Source: an uncultured Acidobacteriota bacterium
Lineage (GTDB): Bacteria > Acidobacteriota > Thermoanaerobaculia > Gp7-AA8
Direction of reading: 5' to 3'
NCBI GenBank assembly: GCA_963822445.1
Contig: CAWGHO010000003.1
Coordinates: 480,001 to 544,000 of the forward strand
DNA length: 64,000 nucleotides
Below, one piece after another: positions 50,801-61,800 of the stretch. Under the pieces are notes generated by a model. It was not told the DNA's origin. It did no database searches and saw nothing but the letters and a program-made list of their open reading frames with translations. Made by a program: the position numbers and the translations under genes. Numbering within the stretch: the stretch's first letter is position 1; every line of letters begins with the position of its first letter.

Positions 50801-53800
50801 ACTGTCGGCACCGTCACCTTCAGCGGCGCGAAGAACCTGTCGACCGGCGCCAACGCCGGCGTGAGCCTCTCCACGAACACCGGCGGTACCATCGTCTTCA
50901 GCGGCGGTGCGCTCGCGATCACCACCACCACCGGCACCGGCTTCACGGCCACCGCCGGCGGTACGGTCACCGTCCTCGGAGCCGCGAACACCATCAACAC
51001 CACCGGCGCGGCCTCGGCAGCCTTGAACCTCAACGCCGTGACGATGTCGGCCGGCAACGGCGTCACCTTCAACTCCGTGAGCGCCGGCGCCACCACCGTG
51101 ACCGGCGTCAGTCTGACCGGCCTCCTCGGCACGGGCGGCGTCACGATCAACGGCGGTACGAACTCGGCCGTCACCGGCGTCGCCCTCAGCACGATGGGCA
51201 CGGTCGGCACGTCGCTGAACAACCTCACGATCAACGGCACGACCGGCATCACGGGAGTCGCCGGCTTCGGCACGCTCACGGTGTCGGGCGTGACGGTCAG
51301 CGCGGGGAATCAGGCCCTCAGTCTGGCGACCGGCACCGTGAACGGCACCTTCACCAGCGTCGGAGCCACCGGCAACGGCAACGTCTCGCCGGTCTTCCTG
51401 GGCGCCGTAGCCGGTACCTTCACCGTCAGCGGCGGCGCAGTCGCCGATGCCGGTGCGGCGAACACCGTCTTCCATGTCATCGGCGGCACTGCAGCGATCA
51501 CCTGGAACGGCACGCTCACGCAGGGCAACGCCGCCGCGCTCGTCGACGTCTCCGGAACCCACACCGGCAGCCTCACCTTCGGCGCGAACCTCACCGCTTC
51601 GGCTGGTACGGGTTTCGTCTTCAATGACGCGGACGGCATCTACAACATCAACGGCGCGACCAATAACCTGACGGGCGGCGCGCGCATCAGCATCACCGGC
51701 GGGTCGGCGGGAACGTTCTCGTTCAGCGCGGGCACCTCTGTCACCAACGCGACCGCCAACGCGGCCTTCGCTTTCGACACCAGCACCGGCGGGGTCACCT
51801 ACAGCGGCAACATCACCCAGACCGGTGCGCAGCGCGCGGTGTCGATCAACAACCAGGCGTCCGGCACGATCACCTTCCAGACCAACACCATCGCCTGCAA
51901 CACCAGTTGCACCGGCATCGTCCTGAGCAACGCCGACGGCACGGTCAACTTCAACGGCACGAACACGCTGAACGGCGCCAACGCCGGGATCGACATCGAC
52001 ACCGGCTCGGGCGGCACGTTCTCCTTCGCGTCTACGTCATCGGTCACCACCACGGCAGACATCGCCTTCCGCATGAACGGGAGCCAGCCGACGTCGATGA
52101 CCTATGGCGGTACGCTCACCAACAACAGCGGCCGTGCGGTGGAGGTCAGTTACACCGCTGCCGCCACCGGCAACTGCGGCGCGGCGACGAACTTCAACGG
52201 CAACATCACCAGCAACGGGGCCAGCGCGTCGGGCATCTTCATCGACCGCTGCAGCGGCGGCACGATCGGATTCTCAGGCGCGACCAAGACCCTCAACACC
52301 GCGGGCAACAACGCCGTGACGATCTCGACGAACGGCGCCACGGTGAACTTCACCAACGGCGGTCTGGACATCGACACCACCAGCGGCACTGGCTTCACCG
52401 CAGCGGGTGGCGGCACGGTCACGGTGCAGACGGGCGGAAACCCGAACAGCATCCTGACCCTGACCGGCACGGCGCTGACGATGAACGCCACGCAGATCGG
52501 CGCGGCGGGCATGACCTTCCGCAGCATCAACACCGACGGCAACGACACCTTGCCGACCAACTCCATCTCCCTGGTGAGCACCGGCACGGCAGGCGGCGTG
52601 ACCGTCACCGGCAACGGCGGCTCGTGCACAGCGGGAACGCCGACGTGCACTGGCGGAACTCTGCAGGACACGGCGGGCGACGCCATCTTCCTCAACAACA
52701 CCGGCAAGCACTCGTTCGGGCTGATGCGGATCACCAGCAACCTCGGCAGCGGTATCCGCGGCAACACCGTCAACGGCCTGGTCGTCGATACCTGCCTCGT
52801 CACCAGCAACGGCAACAGCGCCGCGACCGACGAGTCGGGCTTCGACGTCGACGAGCTCACCGGAACCGCGCGCGCGGGCACGCATCCGACGAAGATCGTC
52901 AACAGCACCTTCTCGGAGAACTGGGAGTTCCAGATTCAGGTCACCAACACGACCGGCACGCTCCCGGATCTGTTCCTCGACAGCAACGTCGTCAGCAGCA
53001 CGGGCGCGAGCCCCGACACCGGCAACCTGGTGAACGTCCTCGGCTCGAGCACGGCCAACATCACCGTGGCCGTCAACGCCGGGACTTACACCGGCAACGC
53101 CCCGGCCACCGCAACGGGCATGCATCTCGACACGAGCGGCGGAAGCATGAATGCAACCGTCACCGGCGGCACGTACACCAACAACAACGCCGCCGTGAAC
53201 GTCTCCACGGCGACCACCGGCGTGCTGACGTTCGAGGTCAACGGCGTCTCGGCGACCGGCAACCGCTCGCACGCTTTGAATCTGTTCGTCGCCGCCAGTT
53301 CCACCGGCTCGGTGAGTGGAAAGTTCCTCAACAACACCGTCGGTACGAGCGGCGTGAGCGGTTCGGGCTCCAATCTCGGCTTCGGGATCCGCGTGCAGAA
53401 CGAGTCCACCAACGGGGCGGCCATGCCCGTGACCGTGCTGATCAACGGCAATACCGTGCAGGAGACCACCAGCTTCAACCTGATCAACGTCAACCAGGGC
53501 ATCGCCAGCGGCAACGCCTCGCCGACCTACGCGACCATCACAGGCAACACGCTCGGCGACTCCGGGCAGCGCGGAATCGTCTTCGAGCAGAACAACAACG
53601 TGAACACCACCGGCTCGGCGGGCACGGCCTGCATCGACGCCTCGGGCAACAACTTCGCCGGCACGTTCGTCGGACAGGCCGGTGACGGATCGAAGTTCCG
53701 GTTGCGCGAGCTCACCGGCGGCACCTTCAGCGTGAGGCAGACCAGCGCGGCCGACATCGCCGCGCAGAACACGAACCTGGCCGTTGGCCAGATCAGCATC

Positions 53801-53845
53801 GGCGGCAGCCCGGACTTCAACGGCGGGGCCTGTCCGCAGCCTTGA
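41825..53845 (+). CDS. Giant secreted adhesin-like protein 1 (~4000 aa): Ig-like/tandem-95/cadherin repeats, Big_5-like domain, C-terminal beta-helix; split by an indel cluster at 46080-47100
   Basis: Signal peptide MTANRRLLVSSFLFFALFPVLAGA and repeated VNDAP, GVLANDSD and DGSFTYTP motifs. The same repeat unit continues through the frameshifted patch into ORF 47099-53845, which has no signal peptide of its own. Ends FNGGACPQP. Confidence 0.8.
44690..45335 (+). repeat. Two near-identical ~320-bp Ig-like repeat units
   Basis: VND.P..T.DA....ED.PLAFAAATLTTNDSAGPANES.QTLTVT.VSATS.QGGTVTLVAGTITYTPP occurs twice, with long identical DNA runs. Confidence 0.85.
45340..48425 (+). repeat. Four tandem copies of a ~770-bp two-domain repeat
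   Basis: gacgtcgacgacac(c/g)aacatcgagtc recurs near 45431, 46213, 46981 and 47744. TLTGSDT..YIAALQ and DLGNNPSG recur at the same spacing. Confidence 0.8.
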
Positions 53846-53876
53846 TGCGATTCTTTGAAGTCGGATAGTGCCGACA

Positions 53877-53925
53877 GGGGGGTGGCGATGTTGAAAACCA
53901 TCGCTCCCCCCTTCGTTTTTTCTTT
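53877..53925 (+). terminator. Intrinsic terminator after giant protein 1
   Basis: GGGGGGTGGCGATG-loop-CATCGCTCCCCCC followed by TTCGTTTTTTCTTT. Confidence 0.7.
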
Positions 53926-54026
53926 CCGGATCGGCCCGCTTGGGGTGATAATCGGCGCCGGTCCAAATCGTCCGGTCCCCTGACAATCCACGGCTCCACA
54001 TCTACTCAACCAGAGAGAGGAGTTTT

Positions 54027-54542
54027 ATGGCCGAGCCCTTCTTGTCCGAAATCAGGATGTTCAGCTTCAACTTTCCGCCGAAAGGGTGGGCATTCGCCAA
54101 CGGTCAGCTGCTGCCGATCAATCAGAACCAGGCGTTGTTCTCACTCCTGGGAACGACGTACGGCGGCGATGGACGCGTCAATTTCGGCCTCCCGAACCTG
54201 CGGGGATCCGTACCGATTCACTTCGGCAGCGGCTTCACGCTCGGCGAGCGTGCCGGAGCCTACGCGGTCACCATTACCCAGCAGACCATGCCCCAGCACC
54301 TGCACTTCCTGCAGGGTTCCTCGACGCAGGGCAATCAGGTCAATCCCAGCTTCTCCAACGTCGGGAATGTGCTCGCCAAGGATCCCGGCAACGTCTACGC
54401 CGACACGGCTTCGAACCTGGTGCCGCTCAACACCGGCTCGGTGACGAACATCGGCGGCAGCCAGCCGCACGAGAACACGCAGCCCTACCTGGTCATCAAC
54501 TTCTGCATCGCTCTGCAGGGCATCTTCCCGAGCCAGAACTAG
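54027..54542 (+). CDS. Phage tail-collar domain (MdpB-like) protein, type A
   Basis: PFLSEIRMFSFNFPPKGWAFANGQLLPINQNQALFSLLGTTYGGDG..F.LPNLRG; C-terminal QPHENTQPYLVINFCIALQGIFP. Confidence 0.92.
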   Translation: MAEPFLSEIRMFSFNFPPKGWAFANGQLLPINQNQALFSLLGTTYGGDGRVNFGLPNLRGSVPIHFGSGFTLGERAGAYAVTITQQTMPQHLHFLQGSSTQGNQVNPSFSNVGNVLAKDPGNVYADTASNLVPLNTGSVTNIGGSQPHENTQPYLVINFCIALQGIFPSQN

Positions 54543-54555
54543 AAGGAGAACTGCA

Positions 54556-55071
54556 ATGGCACAACCTTTTATCGGAGAAATCCGCATGTTCGCCGGCAAC
54601 TTCAATCCGAACGGATGGATGTTCTGCGACGGAGCGCTCTTGCCCATTTCAGAAAATGAAGCTCTGTTCCAGCTCATCGGGACGACTTACGGCGGCGACG
54701 GCGAGTCGACGTTCGGTCTTCCGAACCTTCAGAGCCGCGTACCGATGCACTTCGGGTCGAACGGCGGTCAGACGTTCCAGATGGGCGAGGCGGCCGGCGT
54801 CGAGGAAGTGACGCTGACGATCCAGCAGATCCCGGTTCACACCCATCAGCTTTTCGGCAGCGAACAAAACGGCGCCCAGGCCGCGCCTGCGAACAATGTC
54901 CTGGCCAACTCCACGCTCGTGACGCCGTACGCACCGGAGACCCCCGGTACCAACATGGCCGCCACGTCGATCACGCCCATCGGTGGCAGTCAGCCGCACA
55001 CGAACCTGCAGCCCTTCCTGTGCGTCAACTTCATCATTTCCTTGTTCGGGCTCTTCCCGCAGCAATCATAA
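54556..55071 (+). CDS. Phage tail-collar domain (MdpB-like) protein, type B
   Basis: PFIGEIRMFAGNFNPNGWMFCDGALLPISENEALFQLIGTTYGGDG; C-terminal NFIISLFGLFP. Confidence 0.92.
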   Translation: MAQPFIGEIRMFAGNFNPNGWMFCDGALLPISENEALFQLIGTTYGGDGESTFGLPNLQSRVPMHFGSNGGQTFQMGEAAGVEEVTLTIQQIPVHTHQLFGSEQNGAQAAPANNVLANSTLVTPYAPETPGTNMAATSITPIGGSQPHTNLQPFLCVNFIISLFGLFPQQS

Positions 55072-55086
55072 AGAGGAGAGGGACCA

Positions 55087-55614
55087 ATGGCTGATCCATT
55101 TGTTGCTGAGATCCGGATCTTTCCTTTCAATTTCGCGCCGACGGGCTGGGCGTTCTGCAATGGCCAGATCATGCCGATCAGCCAGAACACGGCACTCTTC
55201 GCGCTCCTCGGCACGACTTACGGCGGGGACGGCAAGTCGACGTTCGCTCTGCCCGATCTCCAGGGCAACGTCCCGCTGCATCCCGGACAGGGACAGGGCC
55301 TTTCGCTCTACGACCTCGGACAGACGGGAGGGGCGTCGAACGTATCTCTCCTGCAGAGCGAGATCCCCGCTCACACCCACACTCTGCGGGCCACTGTCGA
55401 AAACGGGACGCAGGGCTCGGTTACGGCGAACATCACCCTCGCCACTTCCGTCGGCGGGCAGTTGTACCAGAACAACACCAGCGCCAATCTCGCGATCATG
55501 AGCCCGCAGTCGCTCGCGCCGGCGGGCGGAAGTCAGCCCCACAACAACATGATGCCGTACCTCACTCTGAACATGTGCATTGCGCTTCAGGGTGTTTTTC
55601 CGCAGCGTCCATAA
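55087..55614 (+). CDS. Phage tail-collar domain (MdpB-like) protein, type C
   Basis: MADPFVAEIRIFPFNFAPTGWAFCNGQ; C-terminal HNNMMPYLTLNMCIALQGVFPQRP. Confidence 0.92.
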   Translation: MADPFVAEIRIFPFNFAPTGWAFCNGQIMPISQNTALFALLGTTYGGDGKSTFALPDLQGNVPLHPGQGQGLSLYDLGQTGGASNVSLLQSEIPAHTHTLRATVENGTQGSVTANITLATSVGGQLYQNNTSANLAIMSPQSLAPAGGSQPHNNMMPYLTLNMCIALQGVFPQRP

Positions 55615-55623
55615 TGAGATAAA

Positions 55624-55669
55624 TCGGACGGCAGCACGCAAGGAAAAAAGCTTGCGTGCTGCCGTCCGA
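55624..55669. terminator. Perfect 19-bp inverted repeat (hairpin) after the first collar triplet
   Basis: TCGGACGGCAGCACGCAAG-GAAAAAAG-CTTGCGTGCTGCCGTCCGA. There is no strong U-tract, so it may be a stabiliser or binding site instead. Confidence 0.6.
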
Positions 55670-55829
55670 AGACTTAGATTGTCGTCTGTCCAATTCTCAC
55701 GAGAGAGAGAGTTAGCAACGACGTAGTGTATTGACCTGCGTGCTGCCGCTCGTCACGGCGCCGCTTGTACTCTGGTCCGCACAACCAAGTCAGAAGAGCC
55801 GTGCGCTCACGGTAAGGGGAGACCCACGC

Positions 55830-58800
55830 ATGCGATCCGTGTCATTGCGGGTATTTTTCGTCCTATTAGCCACTTTTGTTACTGCGTCGGCGTTTGCGCA
55901 CGATGTAACGCTGAGCGGTACGACATCCTTCGCGGCGATCGACGGATCTGCCAATGACCATGACAATGCCGTAAACGGCGTCTTCACGGTCAATGACGGA
56001 AATCTCGTCGTCAGTGGCGTCGTCAACTGCAATGACGACTCTACAGAGAGCGCATGTGCCATGGCCTTCGCGGTCAGCGGCAACATGACCGTCACTACGG
56101 CCGGCGCGCTCTATGCCGAGAACCGCTCCGGCGGCGGCAGCGGCGGCGCGATCACGCTCACTGTAGGCGGAAGCCTGACCATGAGCGGAAACGCCATTGT
56201 GTCGACCGCCTCCAGGAGCTCGAGCGGCTCGGGCGGCGGCGCCATTACGGCGAACGTGACCGGCAATGTCACGATCGGCAACGGCAGCACGATCGACTCC
56301 GGCAGCGCCAACGCCGCAGGCGGCAACCTCACCATCGCCTCCGCGGGTCTGGTCAGCATCGACGGCAACGTCCTGTCCGGCCCCAGCCGCACGATTCTCT
56401 CTACCCGCCTGACCGGCGCCGCCCTCGATGGCGGCACCGCCAATCAGGTCGGCGGTCAGATCACGATCGGCTCTTCGACGTTCGTCGAACCGGCCATCGT
56501 CATCGGCGGCAACGCGAACATCATTTCGCAGGGCGGCGGCTCCGGCGCCGGCCCGGTGGTCATCGACGGTTGCGGCGTTCAGGTCCGCGGCCTCGTGGCC
56601 GCCCTATCTCGGAATGCCTCGGCGGCGAAGGTCGCCATCCGTTCCGGCAAGGACGTCCTCATCGACTCGCGCGACCTCGGCGTCGTCGGCGCACCGCTCG
56701 GCCGCAACGGCCGCGTGCGCGCCGATGCTCCCACCGGTACGGCCATCAACAAAGGCGTCGACGTTTTCGCCGCCGAGACCATTGATATTCATGGTGCATC
56801 GGGCAGCCTCTTCTCGATCACCTCGCACCCGGGTGTCCACGATTCGAAGAGCTACGGCGGTCTGATTCGCATCACCTCCCTCGGCGACGCCATCACTGCC
56901 AGCGGCAATGTGATCGACGCCGGTCACAGCGCCGCGGGCGACACCGGCGGCACGGTCGAGATCAACGCCAAAGCCACGATCAATCTCGACTCCGCCGTGA
57001 TCCGCGCGATTGGCGACTTCAATACGAACAATCCCAACCGAGGGGGCGGGTCGATTCGCGTTCGCTCCTATTCGGGAGATGTGGTGTGGACCAACGGAAC
57101 CGGCGAAGTGCGGCCGGTCGGGTCCTCCTCGAACCTGCCCCTTGCGGATCAGGGCACCATCGTCCTGACCGCGTGCGGCACCGTGAACACCACCGGAAGC
57201 ACCTTCCCGGTGATGGGAACCGCGACCAGCATGTTCCCCGAAACGCACACCGGCGTCTGCTCGCCGGCGGCTCCGTCGCTGCCGACCGGTGTTGCGCCGC
57301 TCGTCACCTGCAACACGCCCCCCGTGGCGAACGACTCCGCGGCATCGACCAATGAAGACAACTCGGTCACGGTCACCATGACCGGTACCGACGCGGACGG
57401 CGACTCGCTGACCTTCTCCGTCGTCAGCGGTCCCTTCAACGGCAGCGTCGGCGCGGTCACGTTCGTGAACGCCACGACCTCCACCGTCGTCTACACCCCG
57501 AACCTCAATTACAACGGCGTCGACAGCTTCGTTTTCCAGGCGAACGACGGCAACGGCGGCACGGACAATGGCACGGCCACGATCACCATCGCACCGGTGA
57601 ACGATGCGCCGGTCTTCCTCGTCGGCCCGACCGTGACCGTCCTCGAGGACGCCGGTCCGCAGACCTACACCAACTGGGCGACCGGCATCAGCGGCGGCCC
57701 GGCCGATGAATCCGGCCAGGTCGTCACCTTCACCGTCACCAACGACAATCCGTCTCTCTTCAGCGTTCAGCCTGCGGTTTCCTCGAACGGCACGCTGACC
57801 TATACCCCGGCCGCGAACGCCTACGGCAGCGCGAACCTCACCGTCACCGCGCAGGACAACGGCGGCACGGCCAACGGCGGCGTCGATACCTCGGCACCGC
57901 AGAACAGCAGCATCACCGTCACGCCGGTCAACGACGAGCCGTCCTTCGTCAAGGGCGCCGACCAGACCGTGAACGAGGACGCCGGTCCGCAGTCGGTTGC
58001 CGGATGGGCCACCGCAATCTCGGCCGGTCCGAACGAAGGCGCACAGACGGTCACGTTCAACCTCTCGAACACCAACAACTCGCTCTTCAGCGTCCAGCCG
58101 GCGGTTTCGTCGAACGGCACGCTGACCTACACGCCGGCCGCGAACGCGAACGGTAGCGCCACGGTCACGATCGAGGCGCAGGATGACGGCGGCACCGCCA
58201 ACGGCGGCGACAACACGTCGCCTTCGCAGACGTTCGTCATCACCGTGAACGCGGTCAACGACGCGCCGAGCTTCACCAGCGGCGGCGACGTCTCCGTGCT
58301 CGAAGACTCCGGCGCCTACAGCGCCAACTGGGCGACCGCAATCAGCGCCGGCCCGGCCGACGAGTCCAGCCAGACCGTCACCTTCAACACGTCGAACGAC
58401 AACAACAGCCTCTTCTCCGTGCAGCCGTCCATCTCCCCGACGGGCGTGCTGACCTTCACCCTCGCCTCGAACGCCTTCGGTTCGGCGAACGTGTCGGTCA
58501 CGCTCTCCGACAACGGCGGCACCGCGAACGGCGGCGTCGACACCTCGGCGGCCCAGACGTTCTCGATCACCGTCGGGAACATCAACGACGAGCCGACCTT
58601 CACTGCCGGCGGCGACGTCACGGTCAATGAAGACAGCGGCGCCTACTCGGCGGCCTGGGCTTCGGCGATCAGCGCCGGTCCGAATGAGACCGACGCGCTC
58701 ACGTTCGTCGTGACCAACGACAACAACGGACTCTTCTCCTCGCAGCCGTCGATCTCCGCGAGCGGCGTTCTGAGCTTCACGCCGGCCGCGAACGCCTTCG

Positions 58801-61800
58801 GCAGCGCGGTCGTCAGCGTCACCCTGACCGATGACGGCGGCACCCTCAACGGCGGCGACGACACCTCGTCGACGGTGACCTTCACCATCACCGTGAATTC
58901 GGTCAACGACGCTCCGAGCTTCACCAGCGGCGGCAACGTCTCCGTCGGTGAGGACAGCGGCGCGTACTCGGCCGCCTGGGCCACCGCCATCAGCGCCGGC
59001 CCGGCCAACGAGTCCACGCAGACCGTTTCCTTCATCACCTCGAACAACAACAACGCGCTCTTCAGCGTGCAGCCGTCGGTCGACTCGAACGGCGTGCTGA
59101 CCTTCACCCCGGCCGCGAATGCGACGGGCACTGCGACCATCACGATCTACGCGCAGGACACCGGCGGCACCGCGAACGGCGGCGTCGACGTCAGCGCCTC
59201 GCAGACGTTCACCATCAGCGTCAACGGTATCAACGACCCGCCGTCGTTCACGCCGGGCGCCGATCAGACCTCGAACGAAGATGCCGGTCCGCAGACGGTC
59301 GTCGGCTGGGCCACGGGCATCAGCTCGGGTCCCGGTGAGACAGACAACGTCACCTTCTTCACCAGCAACAACAACCCGTCGCTCTTCTCCTCGCAGCCGA
59401 CGGTCGCTCCGAACGGCACGCTGACCTACACCGCCGCGCCGGATGCGAACGGCACCGCCACCGTCACGATCTACGCGCAGGATGACGGCGGCACGGCCAA
59501 CGGCGGCAATGACACGTCGGCCACGTACACGTTCACCATCACCATCGTGGCCGTGAACGATCCGCCGAGCTTCACCGGCGGCGGCAACGTGAGCGTCCTC
59601 GAAGACTCCGGCGCCTACTCGGCCACCTGGGCCACCGCGATCAGCGCCGGTCCGGCCGATGAAGCCGGCCAGACGCTGACCTTCAACGTCACGAACGACA
59701 ACAACAGCCTCTTCTCGGTGCAGCCGTCGATCTCGGCGAGCGGCGTCCTGAGCTTCACCGTCGCGGCGAACGCCTTCGGCTCCGCCAACGTGACGGTCAC
59801 GCTCTCCGACGGCCTCGCCACCACCGCACCGCAGAGCTTCACCATCACGGTCGGTGCAGTGAATGACGCGCCCTCCTTCGTCGGTGGCGGCGACGTCACC
59901 GTCAACGAAGACAGCGGTCCGTACTCCGCGTCGTGGGCCAGCAGCATCTCCGCCGGCCCGAACGAAGGCTCGCAGACGGTTTCGTTCAACACGTCGAACA
60001 ACAACAACAGTCTCTTCCTCGTGCAGCCGTCGATCAGCTCGACCGGCGTGCTCTCCTTCACCCCGGCGCTCAATGCCTTCGGTAGCGCCACGGTGACCGT
60101 TACGCTGTCGGACAACGGCGGCACCGCGAACGGCGGCGTCAACACGTCCGCGCCGCAGACCTTCACCATCAACGTCACCGCGACCAACGACGGCCCGACC
60201 GCGAACGCCGACTCGTGGCAGACGATCGGAAACACCGAGCTCCGCGTCGATCTCGTCGCGGGTTTGACGCCGTACGTCGGTGACACGACCCCGTCCGGCA
60301 ACGGCGTGCGCGACAACGACACCGATCCGGAAGGCGATCCGACCATCGTCACCGGCGTCGTCGGTTGCGGCGACACCACCGCGCCGTTCGACTGCACCCT
60401 GGGCAGCGGAGCGAAAGTCAGCATGCTCGCGAACGGCTCGTTCAGCTACACGCCGGCTCCGGGCACCAGCAGCGGCACGTTCCAGTACACCGCCACCGAC
60501 ATCCCGTCGGCCGGCTCGCCGGTCACGACCACCGGCACGGTGACCATCACGCACTTCGACATGGTCTGGTACGTCAACGGAGCCGCGCTGCCGGGTGGTA
60601 ACGGCACGTCGAGCTCACCGTTCAACGGCTTCACCTCTCTCAATGGCATTGGCGACGTCGACGGCCCCGGCCACACGATCTTCGTCCATACCTCGGCCGT
60701 CGCCGGCAGCATCGCCCTCGAGACCAGCCAGAAGCTGTGGGGCCAGGGCGTCGGTCTGAGCCTTCCGTACAACCTCAATGGCAACGGTAGCCCGACCGTC
60801 CTCGTGGCGCCCGGCATCCAGCCGACCGTCACCTCGGCCGCTGACGTCGTCACGGTCAGCGGAGTGATCGGCACCGAGATCGCGGGCCTCAACCTCGCGA
60901 GCACGGGCGGTAACGCCGTCGACGTCACCGCGGCGCCGTTCGGCTCACCGGCCGGTGCGTCGATCTACAGCAACACGATTTCCGGCGCGGGCGCCGAGGG
61001 GATTGACGTGAGCGGCGGACACGCGATGGTGTCCACAGTCTCGATCAACAACAACACCATCACCTCGACCGGCAACGGCATCGATGTGAGCTCGTTCGGC
61101 AGCACGAACATCGCCATCAGCAACACGACCATCACCTCGACGGGCGGCAGCGGTATCCGCATGGACGGCACCGGCTCGCTGACTGTCTCCGCGCTGCAGA
61201 ACATCACCGTCAGCGGCAACACCGCGGCGAACGGCATCGAGATCGCGGACGCGAGCTTCACCGCCGTCGCCACCGGTGCCATCACCGTCGGCGCGAGCGG
61301 CAATCCGGTCGGTGGTGCCGGCGTCGTCCTCACCAATTCGACGGGCAGCCTGGCCTTCGGCACGCTCACCGTACACGCCGCAACAACCGGCGTCACCGTC
61401 AGCGGTACGGCGGCGTTCAACGTCACCAGCGGCGGCGGCTCGATCAACAACGCCAGCGGTGCTGGTCTCAACATCTCCAACGCGACCATCGGCGCGGCCA
61501 ACTTCAACCTCACCAGCATCACCTCCGCCGGCGGCGCGAACGGCATCGTCCTGAACAACACCGGTACGGCGGGTGGTCTGAACGTCACCGGCAGCGGCTC
61601 GGCCGGCACGGGCGGCTCCATCACCGGCAAGACCGGCGACGGCGTCTCGCTCACCAACACCCAGCGCGTCGGCCTGGCCTGGATGAGCATCTCCGGCAGC
61701 GCAAGCAGCGGTATCCGCGGCAATGGCGTCAACGGCTTCGTCGTCGACAACAGCACGATCACTGGAAACGGCAGCAGCCTCGCGAACGACGACTCGGGCA

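Noticed and set aside
54027-55614. Prophage or contractile injection system tail region
   Set aside because: No sheath, tube, baseplate, tape-measure, capsid or integrase genes in the window; the collar genes are tied to adhesin genes instead.
55701-55711. (GA)n microsatellite upstream of giant protein 2 as a phase-variation switch
   Set aside because: Only about 5.5 units and not demonstrably within a promoter spacer.
56604-60554. 1316-aa antisense ORF and other long shadow ORFs (e.g. 19667-22483, 29646-31598, 8280-10037)
   Set aside because: These are expected stop-poor antisense frames of high-GC3 genes; they are Arg/Gly-biased, motif-less and fully overlap well-supported CDSs.
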